DNA from: a bacterium
GTDB lineage: Bacteria > Patescibacteriota > Microgenomatia > JAMCZE01
Direction: 5' to 3'
DNA length: 64,000 nt
Assembly (NCBI GenBank): GCA_021836035.1
Contig: JAKBJL010000004.1
Location: 67,841 to 131,840, forward strand
In this document: positions 10,096 through 20,358 of the stretch, one piece after another
Numbering within the stretch: the first letter of the stretch is position 1
How the letters are laid out: each line of letters starts with the position of its first letter
Position numbers and translations under genes: made by a program
The notes under the pieces: model-generated
The model's database searches: none
Told to the model about the DNA's origin: nothing
Seen by the model: only the letters and a program-made list of their open reading frames with translations

Positions 10096-12129
10096 GTGGT
10101 AAAATTATCTGTTATGTTTCAGCTTAAATCCGATTATCAACCATCTGGTGACCAGCCTCAGGCAATTGAGAAATTAACGCGGGGGATAAAAAGGGGTTTT
10201 CCCCATCAGGTGCTGCTGGGAGTAACCGGTAGCGGTAAAACTTTTACTATGGCTAATGTTATCCAGGCAGTGCAAAAACCAACCTTGGTTATTTCCCATA
10301 ACAAGACCTTAGCTGCTCAGCTTTACCAGGAATTTAAGGAATATTTCCCGGGAAACGCCGTTTCCTACTTTGTTTCCTATTACGATTTTTACCAACCGGA
10401 GGCCTACATTCCCCAAACTGATACCTATATCGAAAAAGAAACGGAGATCAATGAAGAAATTGATAAATTGCGCTTGCAAACGACCAGCAATCTGCTTACC
10501 CGCCGGGATGTAGTTGTCGTGGCTTCCGTTTCCTGTATTTATAACATCGGTAACCCCGAAGAGTATGGTAACGCCGTTCTTCCCCTTTCTTTAGAAATGC
10601 AAAGTTTAAACCGACGGGAAATTTTGGAAAAGTTGACCGACCTGCAATACCTCCGTAGCGATTACGGTTTTCACCGGGGAACTTTTCGCGTCAAGGGCGA
10701 GATTATTGATATTTTTCCTTCTTATGACGATTATGCCGTGAGAATTGAACTTCTGGGAGAGAAGATCGGGCGCTTGTCTAGGATTGATCCCCTCGTGGGT
10801 ACCCTGATTACGTCTATGGATAAATATACGGTCTATCCGGCCAAGCACTTTATGACTGATCCTAAGAAATATCGGGAAATTTTTGCCCGAATTAGAAAAG
10901 ATACCCAAGAGAGAACGAAAGAGTTGAAGGATGAGGGAAAAGAGTTTGAAGCTAGAAGGCTGGAAAGCCGCGTTCGCTATGATTTGGAAATGATCGGGGA
11001 AATAGGTTATGTTAACGGCATTGAAAATTACAGCCGTTATTTTGACGGCAGAAATCCCGGAGATCCCCCTTACTCCCTGCTGAATTATTTTCCCAAAGAT
11101 TATCTTTTGATTATTGATGAGTCGCATATGACTATTCCCCAAATTAGGGGTATGTATAATGGAGACCGCAGCCGCAAAAAGACGTTGATCGATTATGGTT
11201 TCAGGCTTCCGGCAGCTTTAGATAACCGTCCCTTAAAGTTTGAGGAATTTCAGAGAAGAATGGGACGGACGATTTATACCAGTGCGACTCCGGATGAATG
11301 GGAAAAATCAATATCCGCCGGTCATATTGTGGAACAATTGATTCGTCCGACAGGCATTATCGATCCGGAAATAGAAGTGAGGCCTACCGAAGGACAAATC
11401 CCAGATTTGATTAAGGAAATTTCGCAAAGAATCCAAAAACGGCAAAGAGTGTTGGTGACAACCCTAACCAAGCGCATGGCGGAAGAATTAACGGATTACC
11501 TAAAAGAAAACGCACCGGGAGTAAAAGTGGCCTATTTACATAGCGATATCCAGACGCTCCAAAGAACTGCCATTCTTAAATCTCTCAGGCAGGGCGAATA
11601 TGATGTTTTAGTAGGAATAAATTTGCTCCGGGAGGGCTTAGATCTGCCTGAAGTTTCTTTAGTCGCGATACTTGATGCGGACAAGGAAGGATTTCTCCGG
11701 TCTGAAGTTTCGTTGATCCAAACCATGGGCCGGGGTGCCCGCAATGTTGATTCTTTGGTAATTATGTATGCAGATAACGTTACCGGTTCCATGGAACGGG
11801 CAATTGCTGAAGTTCGGCGTCGTCGCCTAATTCAGTTAGATTTTAACCGCAAAAACAAAATTACTCCCCAAACCATCATTAAACCGCTGAGAGAAACTTT
11901 AGCTGATCTTTGGGTGGACAAAGATGCACCGGGATATAAATCTTCTGCAAATAAATATTTCCTGGTATTGGAAGAAGAATTGGATAATATGGATATCGAC
12001 CAGCTTTTACCGGAAGAAAAAGAAAAGCTGAAGAAGGTATTAAATAGGCGGATGAAAGAAGCGGCTAAGATCCTGGATTTTGAGGGAGCAGCTTTTTACC
12101 GGGATAGGGCTAAAAAATTGGAAGACTAA
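10096..12129 (+). CDS. uvrB: Excinuclease ABC subunit B. The ORF track starts at a GTG; the likely true ATG is at 10114.
   Basis: GDQPQAI, the GVTGSGKT Walker A motif, helicase motifs and a C-terminal UVR domain. Confidence 0.95.
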   Translation: MVKLSVMFQLKSDYQPSGDQPQAIEKLTRGIKRGFPHQVLLGVTGSGKTFTMANVIQAVQKPTLVISHNKTLAAQLYQEFKEYFPGNAVSYFVSYYDFYQPEAYIPQTDTYIEKETEINEEIDKLRLQTTSNLLTRRDVVVVASVSCIYNIGNPEEYGNAVLPLSLEMQSLNRREILEKLTDLQYLRSDYGFHRGTFRVKGEIIDIFPSYDDYAVRIELLGEKIGRLSRIDPLVGTLITSMDKYTVYPAKHFMTDPKKYREIFARIRKDTQERTKELKDEGKEFEARRLESRVRYDLEMIGEIGYVNGIENYSRYFDGRNPGDPPYSLLNYFPKDYLLIIDESHMTIPQIRGMYNGDRSRKKTLIDYGFRLPAALDNRPLKFEEFQRRMGRTIYTSATPDEWEKSISAGHIVEQLIRPTGIIDPEIEVRPTEGQIPDLIKEISQRIQKRQRVLVTTLTKRMAEELTDYLKENAPGVKVAYLHSDIQTLQRTAILKSLRQGEYDVLVGINLLREGLDLPEVSLVAILDADKEGFLRSEVSLIQTMGRGARNVDSLVIMYADNVTGSMERAIAEVRRRRLIQLDFNRKNKITPQTIIKPLRETLADLWVDKDAPGYKSSANKYFLVLEEELDNMDIDQLLPEEKEKLKKVLNRRMKEAAKILDFEGAAFYRDRAKKLED

Positions 12130-12175
12130 GAAAGTTAAACTTAAGATATGTGTTAAAATCCACCTGGCTCGCCTT

Positions 12176-12206
12176 GGGCGGGTCTAGCCCGCTAGGGATT
12201 TGTTTG
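12176..12206 (+). terminator. Possible intrinsic terminator after uvrB.
   Basis: GGGCGGG-tctag-CCCGC hairpin followed by a T-rich stretch (tagggatttgtttg). Confidence 0.3.
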
Positions 12207-12242
12207 TATGTCTTTTTAATTTATTAAGATTATTAAGAGAAA

Positions 12243-15164
12243 ATGGTCGATTCCATTATTATTAAGGGTGCCCGGGAGCACAATTTAAAAAATATTGATA
12301 TTGAAATCCCCAAAAATAAACTGGTGGTATTTACCGGGGTGTCAGGAAGCGGGAAAAGTTCCCTGGCTTTCGATACGATCTATGCAGAAGGACAGCGCCG
12401 TTATGTCGAGTCCTTATCCAGTTATGCGCGGCAATTTTTAGGGGTAATGGATAAACCGGATTTGGATTATATCGAAGGCCTTTCTCCGGCTATCTCTATT
12501 GATCAAAAATCCACCTCCCATAATCCCCGTTCTACCGTAGGAACGATTACGGAAATTTATGACTATTTAAGATTGCTGTACGCCCGGGTTGGTCATCCCC
12601 ATTGTCCTAACTGCGGTCGGGAAATTGCCCATCTTTCCCCCGAACAAATCCTGGAAAGTATTCTTATTCTGGTAAAAAACTCAGCAGAAGGGAAAAAACC
12701 AGTGCGTTTAATCGTTTTAGCTCCGGTGGTCAAAGGGCGTAAGGGTGAGTATACCCAGCTTTTTAACAGCTTGCGCGCTAAAGGCATAAACAGGGTCAGA
12801 ATCGACGGCAAGGTGATCGCTTTAGATGAAGACTTGGTGTTAATCAAAACCAATAAGCACAATATTGAAGCGGTTGTTGACAGGATAAGCGTAGATTCTA
12901 AAAAGCCGGACATTTTAAGAATAAGGGAGTCCCTGGAAACAGCTTTGAAATTATCAGGTGGAGAATTGATAATCGGTCTCGTTTGTGATGCCAGCCTGGA
13001 GTTTCCGGAGAAACCGCAACAAATTACTGACCATTTATTTTCCGAAAGGTTTGCCTGTCCGTTTTGTAATCTCAGCTTCCCGGAAATTGAACCGCGCATC
13101 TTTTCCTTTAATTCCCCGCAGGGGGCTTGTCCGAAATGTACCGGTTTAGGATTTCTGCTTAAAATTGACGAAAAATTAGTGGTTAATCCTGAATTAACGA
13201 TTATGGAAGGCGGAATTTTACCGCTGGGCAGTGAAGTGGAACACGATACTTGGTTTATGCGGATGATCAGAGCGGTAGCCGATGCTTATCATTTTTCGGT
13301 CAGTAAGCCTATTCGGGAATTAACCCGGGAGCATTTAAACCTCATTTTATACGGAACGGGCGAAAGGGAGATCTATGTCCAGGGAACCAACCGACAGGGA
13401 CATATGACTGGCTTCTCTGAGAAGTTTGAAGGCGTAATTCCCCGGCTAGAAAGACTTTACCAGGAAACCGAATCGGAATGGCGACGTTTCGATATCGAAA
13501 AATATATGCGCAGCGACGTATGTCCGGTTTGCCGGGGAACCCGTCTAAAATCAGAGGCCTTGGGAGTAACGGTTAACGATAAAAATATTTACGAAATTAC
13601 GACTATCAGCATCCGAGAAACTTTGACATTTATCGATAAAATTATCACGGGGGATATTCTTAATAGCCGGGAAAAAACAATCGCCCAACCAATTACCAAA
13701 GAATTAAAATCGCGCTTAAAATTTCTTCTGGATGTCGGCTTGGATTATCTTTCGCTCTCCCGGCGGGCTGGAACGTTAGCGGGGGGAGAGGCCCAAAGAA
13801 TCAGGCTAGCGAGTCAAATCGGTTCCGGTTTGTCCGGAGTACTATATGTTCTGGATGAACCCTCGATAGGTTTGCACCAAAGGGATAATAATCGCCTGAT
13901 AACGACCCTAAAATATTTGCGCGACCTGGGAAACAGCGTGATTGTAGTAGAGCACGATCGGGAGATGATGGAAGAAGCAGATTATATTTTTGACTTTGGA
14001 CCCGGCGCAGGTGAACACGGCGGGAAAATTATTGCCGCGGGAACTGTCACGGAAATTAAAAATAATCCGCATTCTTTAACCGGGCAATATCTTTCCCAAA
14101 AGAAAAAGATCGAAATGCAAAAGACGTTGCAGGAAAATTTACCGGCAGTAAAACCCAACGGGCAGGAGAAAAATTTAGTTTTATTAGGTGTAAAGGAACA
14201 CAATTTAAAAAATATTACCGTAGAATTTCCCTTGGGAAAGTTCATTGTCGTAACCGGGGTTTCGGGGAGCGGTAAATCAACCTTGGTTCATGATGTCTTA
14301 TATCAGGCCTTAGCCCGGGAATATTATCCCTGGCATAAAGAACAACCGGGAAAGTTCGAAGGATTGGTTGGCGCGGAAAATTTGGATAAAGTAATCCTGA
14401 TCGATCAATCTCCTATCGGGCGGACGCCGCGTTCTAATCCCGCTACCTATACCGGGGCATTTACCCATATCCGGGAATTATATGCTTTAACCCGTGAAGC
14501 CCGTGTTAGGGGTTATTCCCCGGGAAGATTTAGTTTTAATGTTAAAGGAGGCCGGTGTGAAGCTTGCCAGGGAGAAGGACAGATAAAAATTGAAATGCAG
14601 TTTTTACCGGATGTTTATGTGGATTGCGAAGTCTGCCAAGGAAGAAGATATAACCATGAAGCCTTAGAAATTCTTTATAAAGATAAAAATATCGCCGAAG
14701 TTTTGGAAATGACTATTGAAGAAGCGTTGGCATTTTTCGGAAACATTCCCCAACTACGTGCCAAACTGGAAACTATTGCCGATGTGGGCTTGGGATATAT
14801 ACACTTGGGCCAGCCGGCTCCGACCTTATCCGGCGGGGAAGCTCAGCGGGTGAAATTAGCCACCGAGTTGTCTAAAAGAGCCACAGGTAAAACGGTTTAT
14901 ATTTTAGATGAGCCCACTACCGGTTTACATTTTGCCGATTTGGAAAAATTACTCTGGGTTTTAAAAAGGTTGGTTATTGCTGGTAATACGGTAATTGTTA
15001 TTGAACACAATCTTGATGTTATTAAAAACGCAGATTATATTATTGATTTGGGTCCGGAAGGTGGGGAAGGCGGAGGTTTCGTTGTCGCCCGCGGTACCCC
15101 GTACGAAATTGCCCGCCAGAAAAATTCTTTTACCGGCCAATTCCTGAAACCGGTCTTGGATTAG
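12243..15164 (+). CDS. uvrA: Excinuclease ABC subunit A.
   Basis: Two ABC ATPase modules ([10 protein letters not shown] twice), zinc-finger Cys clusters, 973 aa. Confidence 0.95.
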   Translation: MVDSIIIKGAREHNLKNIDIEIPKNKLVVFTGVSGSGKSSLAFDTIYAEGQRRYVESLSSYARQFLGVMDKPDLDYIEGLSPAISIDQKSTSHNPRSTVGTITEIYDYLRLLYARVGHPHCPNCGREIAHLSPEQILESILILVKNSAEGKKPVRLIVLAPVVKGRKGEYTQLFNSLRAKGINRVRIDGKVIALDEDLVLIKTNKHNIEAVVDRISVDSKKPDILRIRESLETALKLSGGELIIGLVCDASLEFPEKPQQITDHLFSERFACPFCNLSFPEIEPRIFSFNSPQGACPKCTGLGFLLKIDEKLVVNPELTIMEGGILPLGSEVEHDTWFMRMIRAVADAYHFSVSKPIRELTREHLNLILYGTGEREIYVQGTNRQGHMTGFSEKFEGVIPRLERLYQETESEWRRFDIEKYMRSDVCPVCRGTRLKSEALGVTVNDKNIYEITTISIRETLTFIDKIITGDILNSREKTIAQPITKELKSRLKFLLDVGLDYLSLSRRAGTLAGGEAQRIRLASQIGSGLSGVLYVLDEPSIGLHQRDNNRLITTLKYLRDLGNSVIVVEHDREMMEEADYIFDFGPGAGEHGGKIIAAGTVTEIKNNPHSLTGQYLSQKKKIEMQKTLQENLPAVKPNGQEKNLVLLGVKEHNLKNITVEFPLGKFIVVTGVSGSGKSTLVHDVLYQALAREYYPWHKEQPGKFEGLVGAENLDKVILIDQSPIGRTPRSNPATYTGAFTHIRELYALTREARVRGYSPGRFSFNVKGGRCEACQGEGQIKIEMQFLPDVYVDCEVCQGRRYNHEALEILYKDKNIAEVLEMTIEEALAFFGNIPQLRAKLETIADVGLGYIHLGQPAPTLSGGEAQRVKLATELSKRATGKTVYILDEPTTGLHFADLEKLLWVLKRLVIAGNTVIVIEHNLDVIKNADYIIDLGPEGGEGGGFVVARGTPYEIARQKNSFTGQFLKPVLD

Positions 15165-15187
15165 CTTTCTGCTAAACTATTGGTATT

Positions 15188-17026
15188 GTGCGGAAAATTT
15201 TTATTTTAGGCTATTTTCTACCCGTTTTCTTCTTGTTATTTCCTTTTCCCGTAAGAGCAGAAGAAAGTAATAAATTTCGCGTTTCTTATGAACTTTTTTA
15301 CGAGGTCGGAGAAAATGGCCTTACAAAAGTTATCCAAAACGCTCGCCTGACCAATCTGACCTCACAGTATTATGCTAATGAATATATAAACCGGATCGGC
15401 AATTCGCAGATAACGGACCTTCGGGCTTTTGATAAATTCGGGGATTTACCTATCGAAACAAAATTGACAGACGGAGAGGAAGAAATTCATATTCGCTTCC
15501 GGGATAAAGTGGTGGGTTTGGGTAATTCTTTGGATTGGTCGCTTACATACCAAACTAGCGAGATCGCGGTTCAACACGGCCGCGTTTGGCAAATTAATAT
15601 TCCTCGTCCCATCAGCCTGAAGAATGTTGCCGATTATCAGGTAAATTTAAAAGTGCCCCAGTCTTTTGGGACGGCTGTCTATTTAAAACCTCAGCCGGAA
15701 AAAACTGAGGAACATTCCTATATTTGGGACAAAAGCTCGATTGTGTCTTCCGGAATTTCTGCTGCTTTCGGGGAATATCAAATTTATGATTTTTCCCTAC
15801 AGTATCATTTAAAAAATCTGGAGTTTTATCCCCAAACAGCTATAGTGGCTTTACCTCCGGATACCGATTATCAAAAAATCAGGTTGGACAAGATCTATCC
15901 TTCTCCGGCAAAAGTAACCCTTGACCCTGACGGCAATTGGCTGGCGTCTTTTCCCCTATCCCCGCGGGAACAATTAGTAGCTTACGCCAGCGGATCAGCA
16001 TTAGTCTATCCCCGGCCGCAATTTACTGAAGCCGCCGATAAACTTGATAAAACCTCCCTTCTAATGGCCCAAAAATACTGGGAAGTGGACAATCCCGAAA
16101 TCAGCAAGTTGTCAAGTAAACTGGGGAGTGTCGAAAATATCTTTCATTATGTTGTAGACAACCTGCATTACAATACAGCTAAAACCGACCAAAACCAACC
16201 GCGCTTGGGTGCAGTAAAAGTTTTAGAAAATCCCCGGGAAGCGATTTGCATGGAATTCACGGATTTATTTATCGCTCTGACGAGATCCCTGGGAGTACCT
16301 GCCAGAGAAATTGACGGTTTTGCTTATACACAGGATAAAAAGCGGCAACCCGTTTCTCTCCGGCGGGATATTCTACATGCCTGGCCGGAATATTTTGATT
16401 CTCAAACCTCTTCCTGGATAATGGTAGATCCCACCTGGGAAAATACCACCGGGGGGATCGATTATTTTCGGGAGATGGATGTCGATCACCTGGCGCTAGC
16501 CATTCACGGATTTAGCAGCACCCTGCCTTTACCGGCCGGAGAATATAAATTAAAAGAGAGTGATCAGGATATAAATATCGGCTTTAATAAGCAATTGTCC
16601 GCAGAAGATTTTCAACCGGGTAAAGAAGATCTTATTTTGAAATTTGTTCTTCCGGAAAATAATATTTCCGGAAAAAAAGTTAACGGTAAAATTCTCATTA
16701 GGAATACCGGTCCCCTATTGGTTGTGCGTTCGGTGTTAATCGTAAAATCCGATTTTTTGCCGCATAACTCCTCATTTTCTTTTGGAGCTTTACCTCCGGG
16801 CGGAGAAACCAGTGTGGATATCAGCATATCGCCGCTCCCTCTCAATTTTCGCGGAGAAGGTATAATAACGGCAAAAGTTGGAAACAGCCGGATTTCGCAA
16901 AAATTAATTTTTAAACCCTTTTATGTCCAGAAGGCTTTCCTTTTTGCTCTCGCGCTTATCCTCGGTATCCCCGGAGGATTATTCCTTATTGCCCATAAGT
17001 TCCGGCGTTTATTTTTTTCTCAATAA
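15188..17026 (+). CDS. Membrane-anchored transglutaminase-like cysteine protease.
   Basis: Signal peptide. The transglutaminase core CMEFTDLFIALTRSLGVPAREIDGFAY carries the catalytic Cys, with downstream His and Asp. C-terminal TM helix. Confidence 0.55.
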   Translation: MRKIFILGYFLPVFFLLFPFPVRAEESNKFRVSYELFYEVGENGLTKVIQNARLTNLTSQYYANEYINRIGNSQITDLRAFDKFGDLPIETKLTDGEEEIHIRFRDKVVGLGNSLDWSLTYQTSEIAVQHGRVWQINIPRPISLKNVADYQVNLKVPQSFGTAVYLKPQPEKTEEHSYIWDKSSIVSSGISAAFGEYQIYDFSLQYHLKNLEFYPQTAIVALPPDTDYQKIRLDKIYPSPAKVTLDPDGNWLASFPLSPREQLVAYASGSALVYPRPQFTEAADKLDKTSLLMAQKYWEVDNPEISKLSSKLGSVENIFHYVVDNLHYNTAKTDQNQPRLGAVKVLENPREAICMEFTDLFIALTRSLGVPAREIDGFAYTQDKKRQPVSLRRDILHAWPEYFDSQTSSWIMVDPTWENTTGGIDYFREMDVDHLALAIHGFSSTLPLPAGEYKLKESDQDINIGFNKQLSAEDFQPGKEDLILKFVLPENNISGKKVNGKILIRNTGPLLVVRSVLIVKSDFLPHNSSFSFGALPPGGETSVDISISPLPLNFRGEGIITAKVGNSRISQKLIFKPFYVQKAFLFALALILGIPGGLFLIAHKFRRLFFSQ

Positions 17027-18236
17027 AAGGAGGGAGCTATTATATATTGGTAAAGCTAAGTCATTAGCGGAACGGGTTAGTAGTTATTTTCGGGTAGTTA
17101 ATCGAGAACAGCTTCTCCCCCGAACCCGTATCCTCGTTTCTCAGGTTAAGGAAATATTTTACTTACCGGTGGCTTCGGAAGTTGATGCCCTGCTTTTAGA
17201 AGCAAATTTTATCCGAAAGTTTGCCCCCAAATATAATGTCAGCCTGAAGGACGGTAAAAATTATCCCCTAATAGAAATTACTGTAAAAGAAGCTGTACCC
17301 ATGGTTAAGATTGTCCGTCGAGAAGAAAATCCCCGGGCTTTATACTTCGGTCCTTACCCGACGGGTAGCGACATTCGGAGTTTGTTACGATTTCTTCGGC
17401 GCCTCTTTCCTTTTATTTCCGAATATCATTATTCTCAAAAGACCTGCCTGCGTTCCCATTTGGGCCTTTGTCCTTGCCCTCGGGTTTTTAATGATAATAA
17501 AGCCCGTCAAAATTACCGACAGGATATAAACAATCTTATGGATTTTCTTTCCGGCAGGCGGGAGACCGTCCAAAAGCGTCTGCGTCAGGAAATGAATTTG
17601 GCAGCAAAAGATCAGCTTTTTGAGGAGGCGGAGAAAATTAAATGGAAACTCTCCCAAATTAATTTTCTTACCTCGGAAGTACATTCTCCCTGGGACTATG
17701 AATCCAATCCCAATCTTCTGGCTGACTCCCGGGAGAGGGAAATAAAGGGAATTTGTGAGGTTATTCCCGGCGTTAAATATATACCTGATTTCCGTTTGGA
17801 ATGCTATGATATCGCTCATCTTTCCGGAAAGTTGACTACCGGTTCCATGGTAGTTTCCGTCAACGGGGAATTAGAAAACCGTTTATATCGCCATTTCCGC
17901 ATGAAGGTAAATAATGCTGATGATTTTGCGGCGATCACGGAAGTTTTGCAACGCCGCCTGGGCCATCCAGAATGGCCCTTTCCCGACCTAATTATTATTG
18001 ACGGCGGTGCCGGGCAGGTAACGACGGCTGTTAAAGCAGTGCGGGCTTCCAATTTAAACATCCCGGTTATCGGCTTGGCTAAAAGAGCGGAAGAAATTTT
18101 CCGACAAGACGGCCAGATTGTGCGCTTGGACCGCAAGGATCCTGCTTTAAAGCAAATCCAAAGGTTGCGTGACGAAGCTCATCGTTTCAGCAGGCGTTAC
18201 CATTTTCTTTTAAGAAAACGGTCTATGCTAAAATAA
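16923..18236 (+). CDS. uvrC: Excinuclease ABC subunit C, short form without the C-terminal (HhH)2 domain. The start may be the TTG at 16989.
   Basis: GIY-YIG (SGVYFFLNKRRELLYIGKAKSL...R), a UVR domain (QLFEEAEKIKWKL) and an RNase H-like endonuclease domain. The ORF stops right after RDEAHRF, where UvrC normally continues into HhH2. Confidence 0.8.
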   Translation: MSRRLSFLLSRLSSVSPEDYSLLPISSGVYFFLNKRRELLYIGKAKSLAERVSSYFRVVNREQLLPRTRILVSQVKEIFYLPVASEVDALLLEANFIRKFAPKYNVSLKDGKNYPLIEITVKEAVPMVKIVRREENPRALYFGPYPTGSDIRSLLRFLRRLFPFISEYHYSQKTCLRSHLGLCPCPRVFNDNKARQNYRQDINNLMDFLSGRRETVQKRLRQEMNLAAKDQLFEEAEKIKWKLSQINFLTSEVHSPWDYESNPNLLADSREREIKGICEVIPGVKYIPDFRLECYDIAHLSGKLTTGSMVVSVNGELENRLYRHFRMKVNNADDFAAITEVLQRRLGHPEWPFPDLIIIDGGAGQVTTAVKAVRASNLNIPVIGLAKRAEEIFRQDGQIVRLDRKDPALKQIQRLRDEAHRFSRRYHFLLRKRSMLK

Positions 18237-18250
18237 TATGAGAGCCTTTT

Positions 18251-18652
18251 GTGAAGAAATTAATCCGCAATTATCTGATTAATCTCGGTGCTCTTTTAAT
18301 CGTCAGCCGTTATATTACCGGTTTCCATATTGCTCCCGGTTGGCAGTCATTTTTGCTGGTGGGTTTAGGTTTTACTTTAATCCATATGTTTATCAAGCCG
18401 TTTCTAAATATGCTGACAGGTCCTTTAAGTTTCCTGACTTTCGGTCTGATCGGCATAGCTATCGATGCGGCCATTCTTTATGCCTTAACTCTCTTTTTCC
18501 CCCAAGTCTGGATATCTACCTGGAACTTTCCGGGTTTAGACAGCGCCGGGTTAATAATTGCACCGCGGATATTGGGGATAATTGAAGTCACGGTTATTTC
18601 CGCGATAGCCCTTAACATTTTGCGAAGTAGTATAATCCTTCTATGCGATTAG
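18251..18652 (+). CDS. DUF360 / phage_holin_4_2 family membrane protein.
   Basis: Four predicted TM helices. LINLGALLIVS...GFHI...KPFLNMLTGPLSFLTFGL matches the DUF360 pattern. Confidence 0.55.
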   Translation: MKKLIRNYLINLGALLIVSRYITGFHIAPGWQSFLLVGLGFTLIHMFIKPFLNMLTGPLSFLTFGLIGIAIDAAILYALTLFFPQVWISTWNFPGLDSAGLIIAPRILGIIEVTVISAIALNILRSSIILLCD

Positions 18653-18861
18653 CGATTACGATCTTACAATTAGTTATTTCTTTATTGCTTATCGCTGCTA
18701 TTCTTGTCCAGGCTAAAGGTACTGGCTTGGGATCAGCGTGGGGCGGTACCGGGGAGTTTTACCAAAGCAAGCGCGGGGTGGAAAAAATAATTTTTAACTC
18801 TACCATCTTTTTAGTAGTCCTGTTTTTCCTCATCTCTCTGGTCGCCATAATAGTGAAATAA
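18643..18861 (+). CDS. secG: Preprotein translocase subunit SecG.
   Basis: 72 aa, two TM helices, and the central LVQAKGTGLGSAWGG glycine-rich loop. Confidence 0.7.
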   Translation: MRLAITILQLVISLLLIAAILVQAKGTGLGSAWGGTGEFYQSKRGVEKIIFNSTIFLVVLFFLISLVAIIVK

Positions 18862-20132
18862 TGTTGCGCCATTTTCTCAATCTTTTTCTGGCTTATGTAA
18901 ATGCCAATAAAAAACTCTTTTTGGGGGGTTTACTTCTGGGTTTGTTGGCGGCCAACCTGGTTTATTATCTGAAACCGCGCTTGGAAAATATGCCCTCACG
19001 GAAAATTATCGGTATGGCCGGAAACTATACTCTTGCTACCTTACCCCTCTCGATACAGAAGCAATTAAGTTACGGCATGACGGCCATCGGTCCCGACCAG
19101 ACTGCGACGGGAGCCGCGGCTTCTTCCTGGACATCTACTGATTCCGGTAAAACTTTCTATTTTACTTTGGATAACCGTCTCAAATGGCAGGACGGAAAAT
19201 TACTTACTTCCTACGATATAAATTACAATTTGGCTGATGTTAATATTGAAAGACCGGATAGTACGCACATCAATTTTCTGCTACCCGATTCTTTTGCACC
19301 ATTACCTTCCGTTCTTTCCCAACCGCTTTTCCGGACCGGACTCATCGGTCTGGGAGAATATAAATTAAAAAATTATAAAAATATCGGTCGTTTCCTGCAA
19401 TCTATCTTGATCGGAAATAACCATCAGGAGATACTTTATAAATTTTATCCTACTAAAAAGGCGGTTTTATTAGCTCTCAAATTGGGAGAAATCCAAGAAG
19501 TCGAAGGTATGATTGATCCGCGCGGTAAACCGAATTATCAAGAACAGGCTATTGTCGTCTTAAACCTCAAAGTGAACGGTTTGGCAGATAAATCTTTTCG
19601 GCAGGGTTTAGCCTATGCCCTGCCTACTGATTTTCCCCTGGGGGAACGCAGTAACGGTCCCATCGCCCCAACCTCTTGGGCTTATAATCCTAACCTGAAA
19701 AAATATTATTTTGACCTGGAACAAGCTAAAAAATTATTAAATGCGGATAACGCTTCAAAAAGCGCTTCCCTAATACTGGCCACAAACGAAGAACTGAAAT
19801 CGGTAGCTTACGATATCGCCGCCAACTGGGAGAAGGCGGGGGTTAAAACTAGCATTGAAGTTTCGGAAGTTATTCCGAAGAATTTCCAGGCCTACTTAAC
19901 TTTTATTGATTTGCCGCCAGATCCCGACCAATATCAATTATGGCATTCTACTTTAACGGCTTTCGGCTATAAAAGTCCCAAGGTAGATAAATTACTGGAG
20001 GAAGGAAGGCGCACGATAGATCCCGAAATACGTCGCGGTAAATACCTGGATTTCCAGAAGGCAATCACAGAAGATCTACCTGCTCTTTTCCTCTTTTTCC
20101 CCAAAATCTATTCTTTAACTAGACAAGGATAG
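18861..20132 (+). CDS. Membrane-anchored ABC transporter substrate-binding protein (family 5-like).
   Basis: N-terminal TM anchor followed by an SBP_bac_5-like sequence (DGKLLTSYDINYNL, KLGEIQEVEGMIDP). Confidence 0.5.
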   Translation: MLRHFLNLFLAYVNANKKLFLGGLLLGLLAANLVYYLKPRLENMPSRKIIGMAGNYTLATLPLSIQKQLSYGMTAIGPDQTATGAAASSWTSTDSGKTFYFTLDNRLKWQDGKLLTSYDINYNLADVNIERPDSTHINFLLPDSFAPLPSVLSQPLFRTGLIGLGEYKLKNYKNIGRFLQSILIGNNHQEILYKFYPTKKAVLLALKLGEIQEVEGMIDPRGKPNYQEQAIVVLNLKVNGLADKSFRQGLAYALPTDFPLGERSNGPIAPTSWAYNPNLKKYYFDLEQAKKLLNADNASKSASLILATNEELKSVAYDIAANWEKAGVKTSIEVSEVIPKNFQAYLTFIDLPPDPDQYQLWHSTLTAFGYKSPKVDKLLEEGRRTIDPEIRRGKYLDFQKAITEDLPALFLFFPKIYSLTRQG

Positions 20133-20183
20133 CAGATTATTAAAATTAGAGCGAAAACTTGCTATAATTCTTTAGTTTAATCT

Positions 20184-20255
20184 GCGGGAGTAGTTCAGCA
20201 GTAGAATGCTTCCTTGCCAAGGAAGAGGTCGCGGGTGCGAATCCCGTCTCCCGCT
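20184..20255 (+). tRNA. tRNA-Gly (anticodon GCC).
   Basis: GCGGGAGTAGTTCAGCAGTAGAATGCTTCCTTGCCAAGGAAG...CTCCCGC. Anticodon loop TTGCCAA. Confidence 0.85.
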
Positions 20256-20270
20256 CTTCACACTCGTTTA

Positions 20271-20358
20271 GCCGGGGTGGCGAAACGGTATACGCGCAGG
20301 ACTTAAAATCCTGTTCCGCTCAAACGGAGTGCGGGTTCGAGTCCCGCCCTCGGCACCA
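20271..20358 (+). tRNA. tRNA-Leu (anticodon TAA) with a long variable arm and encoded CCA.
   Basis: GCCGGGGTGGCGAAACGG...CAGGACTTAAAATCCTG...variable arm...GCGGGTTCGAGTCCCGCCCTCGGCACCA. Confidence 0.85.
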
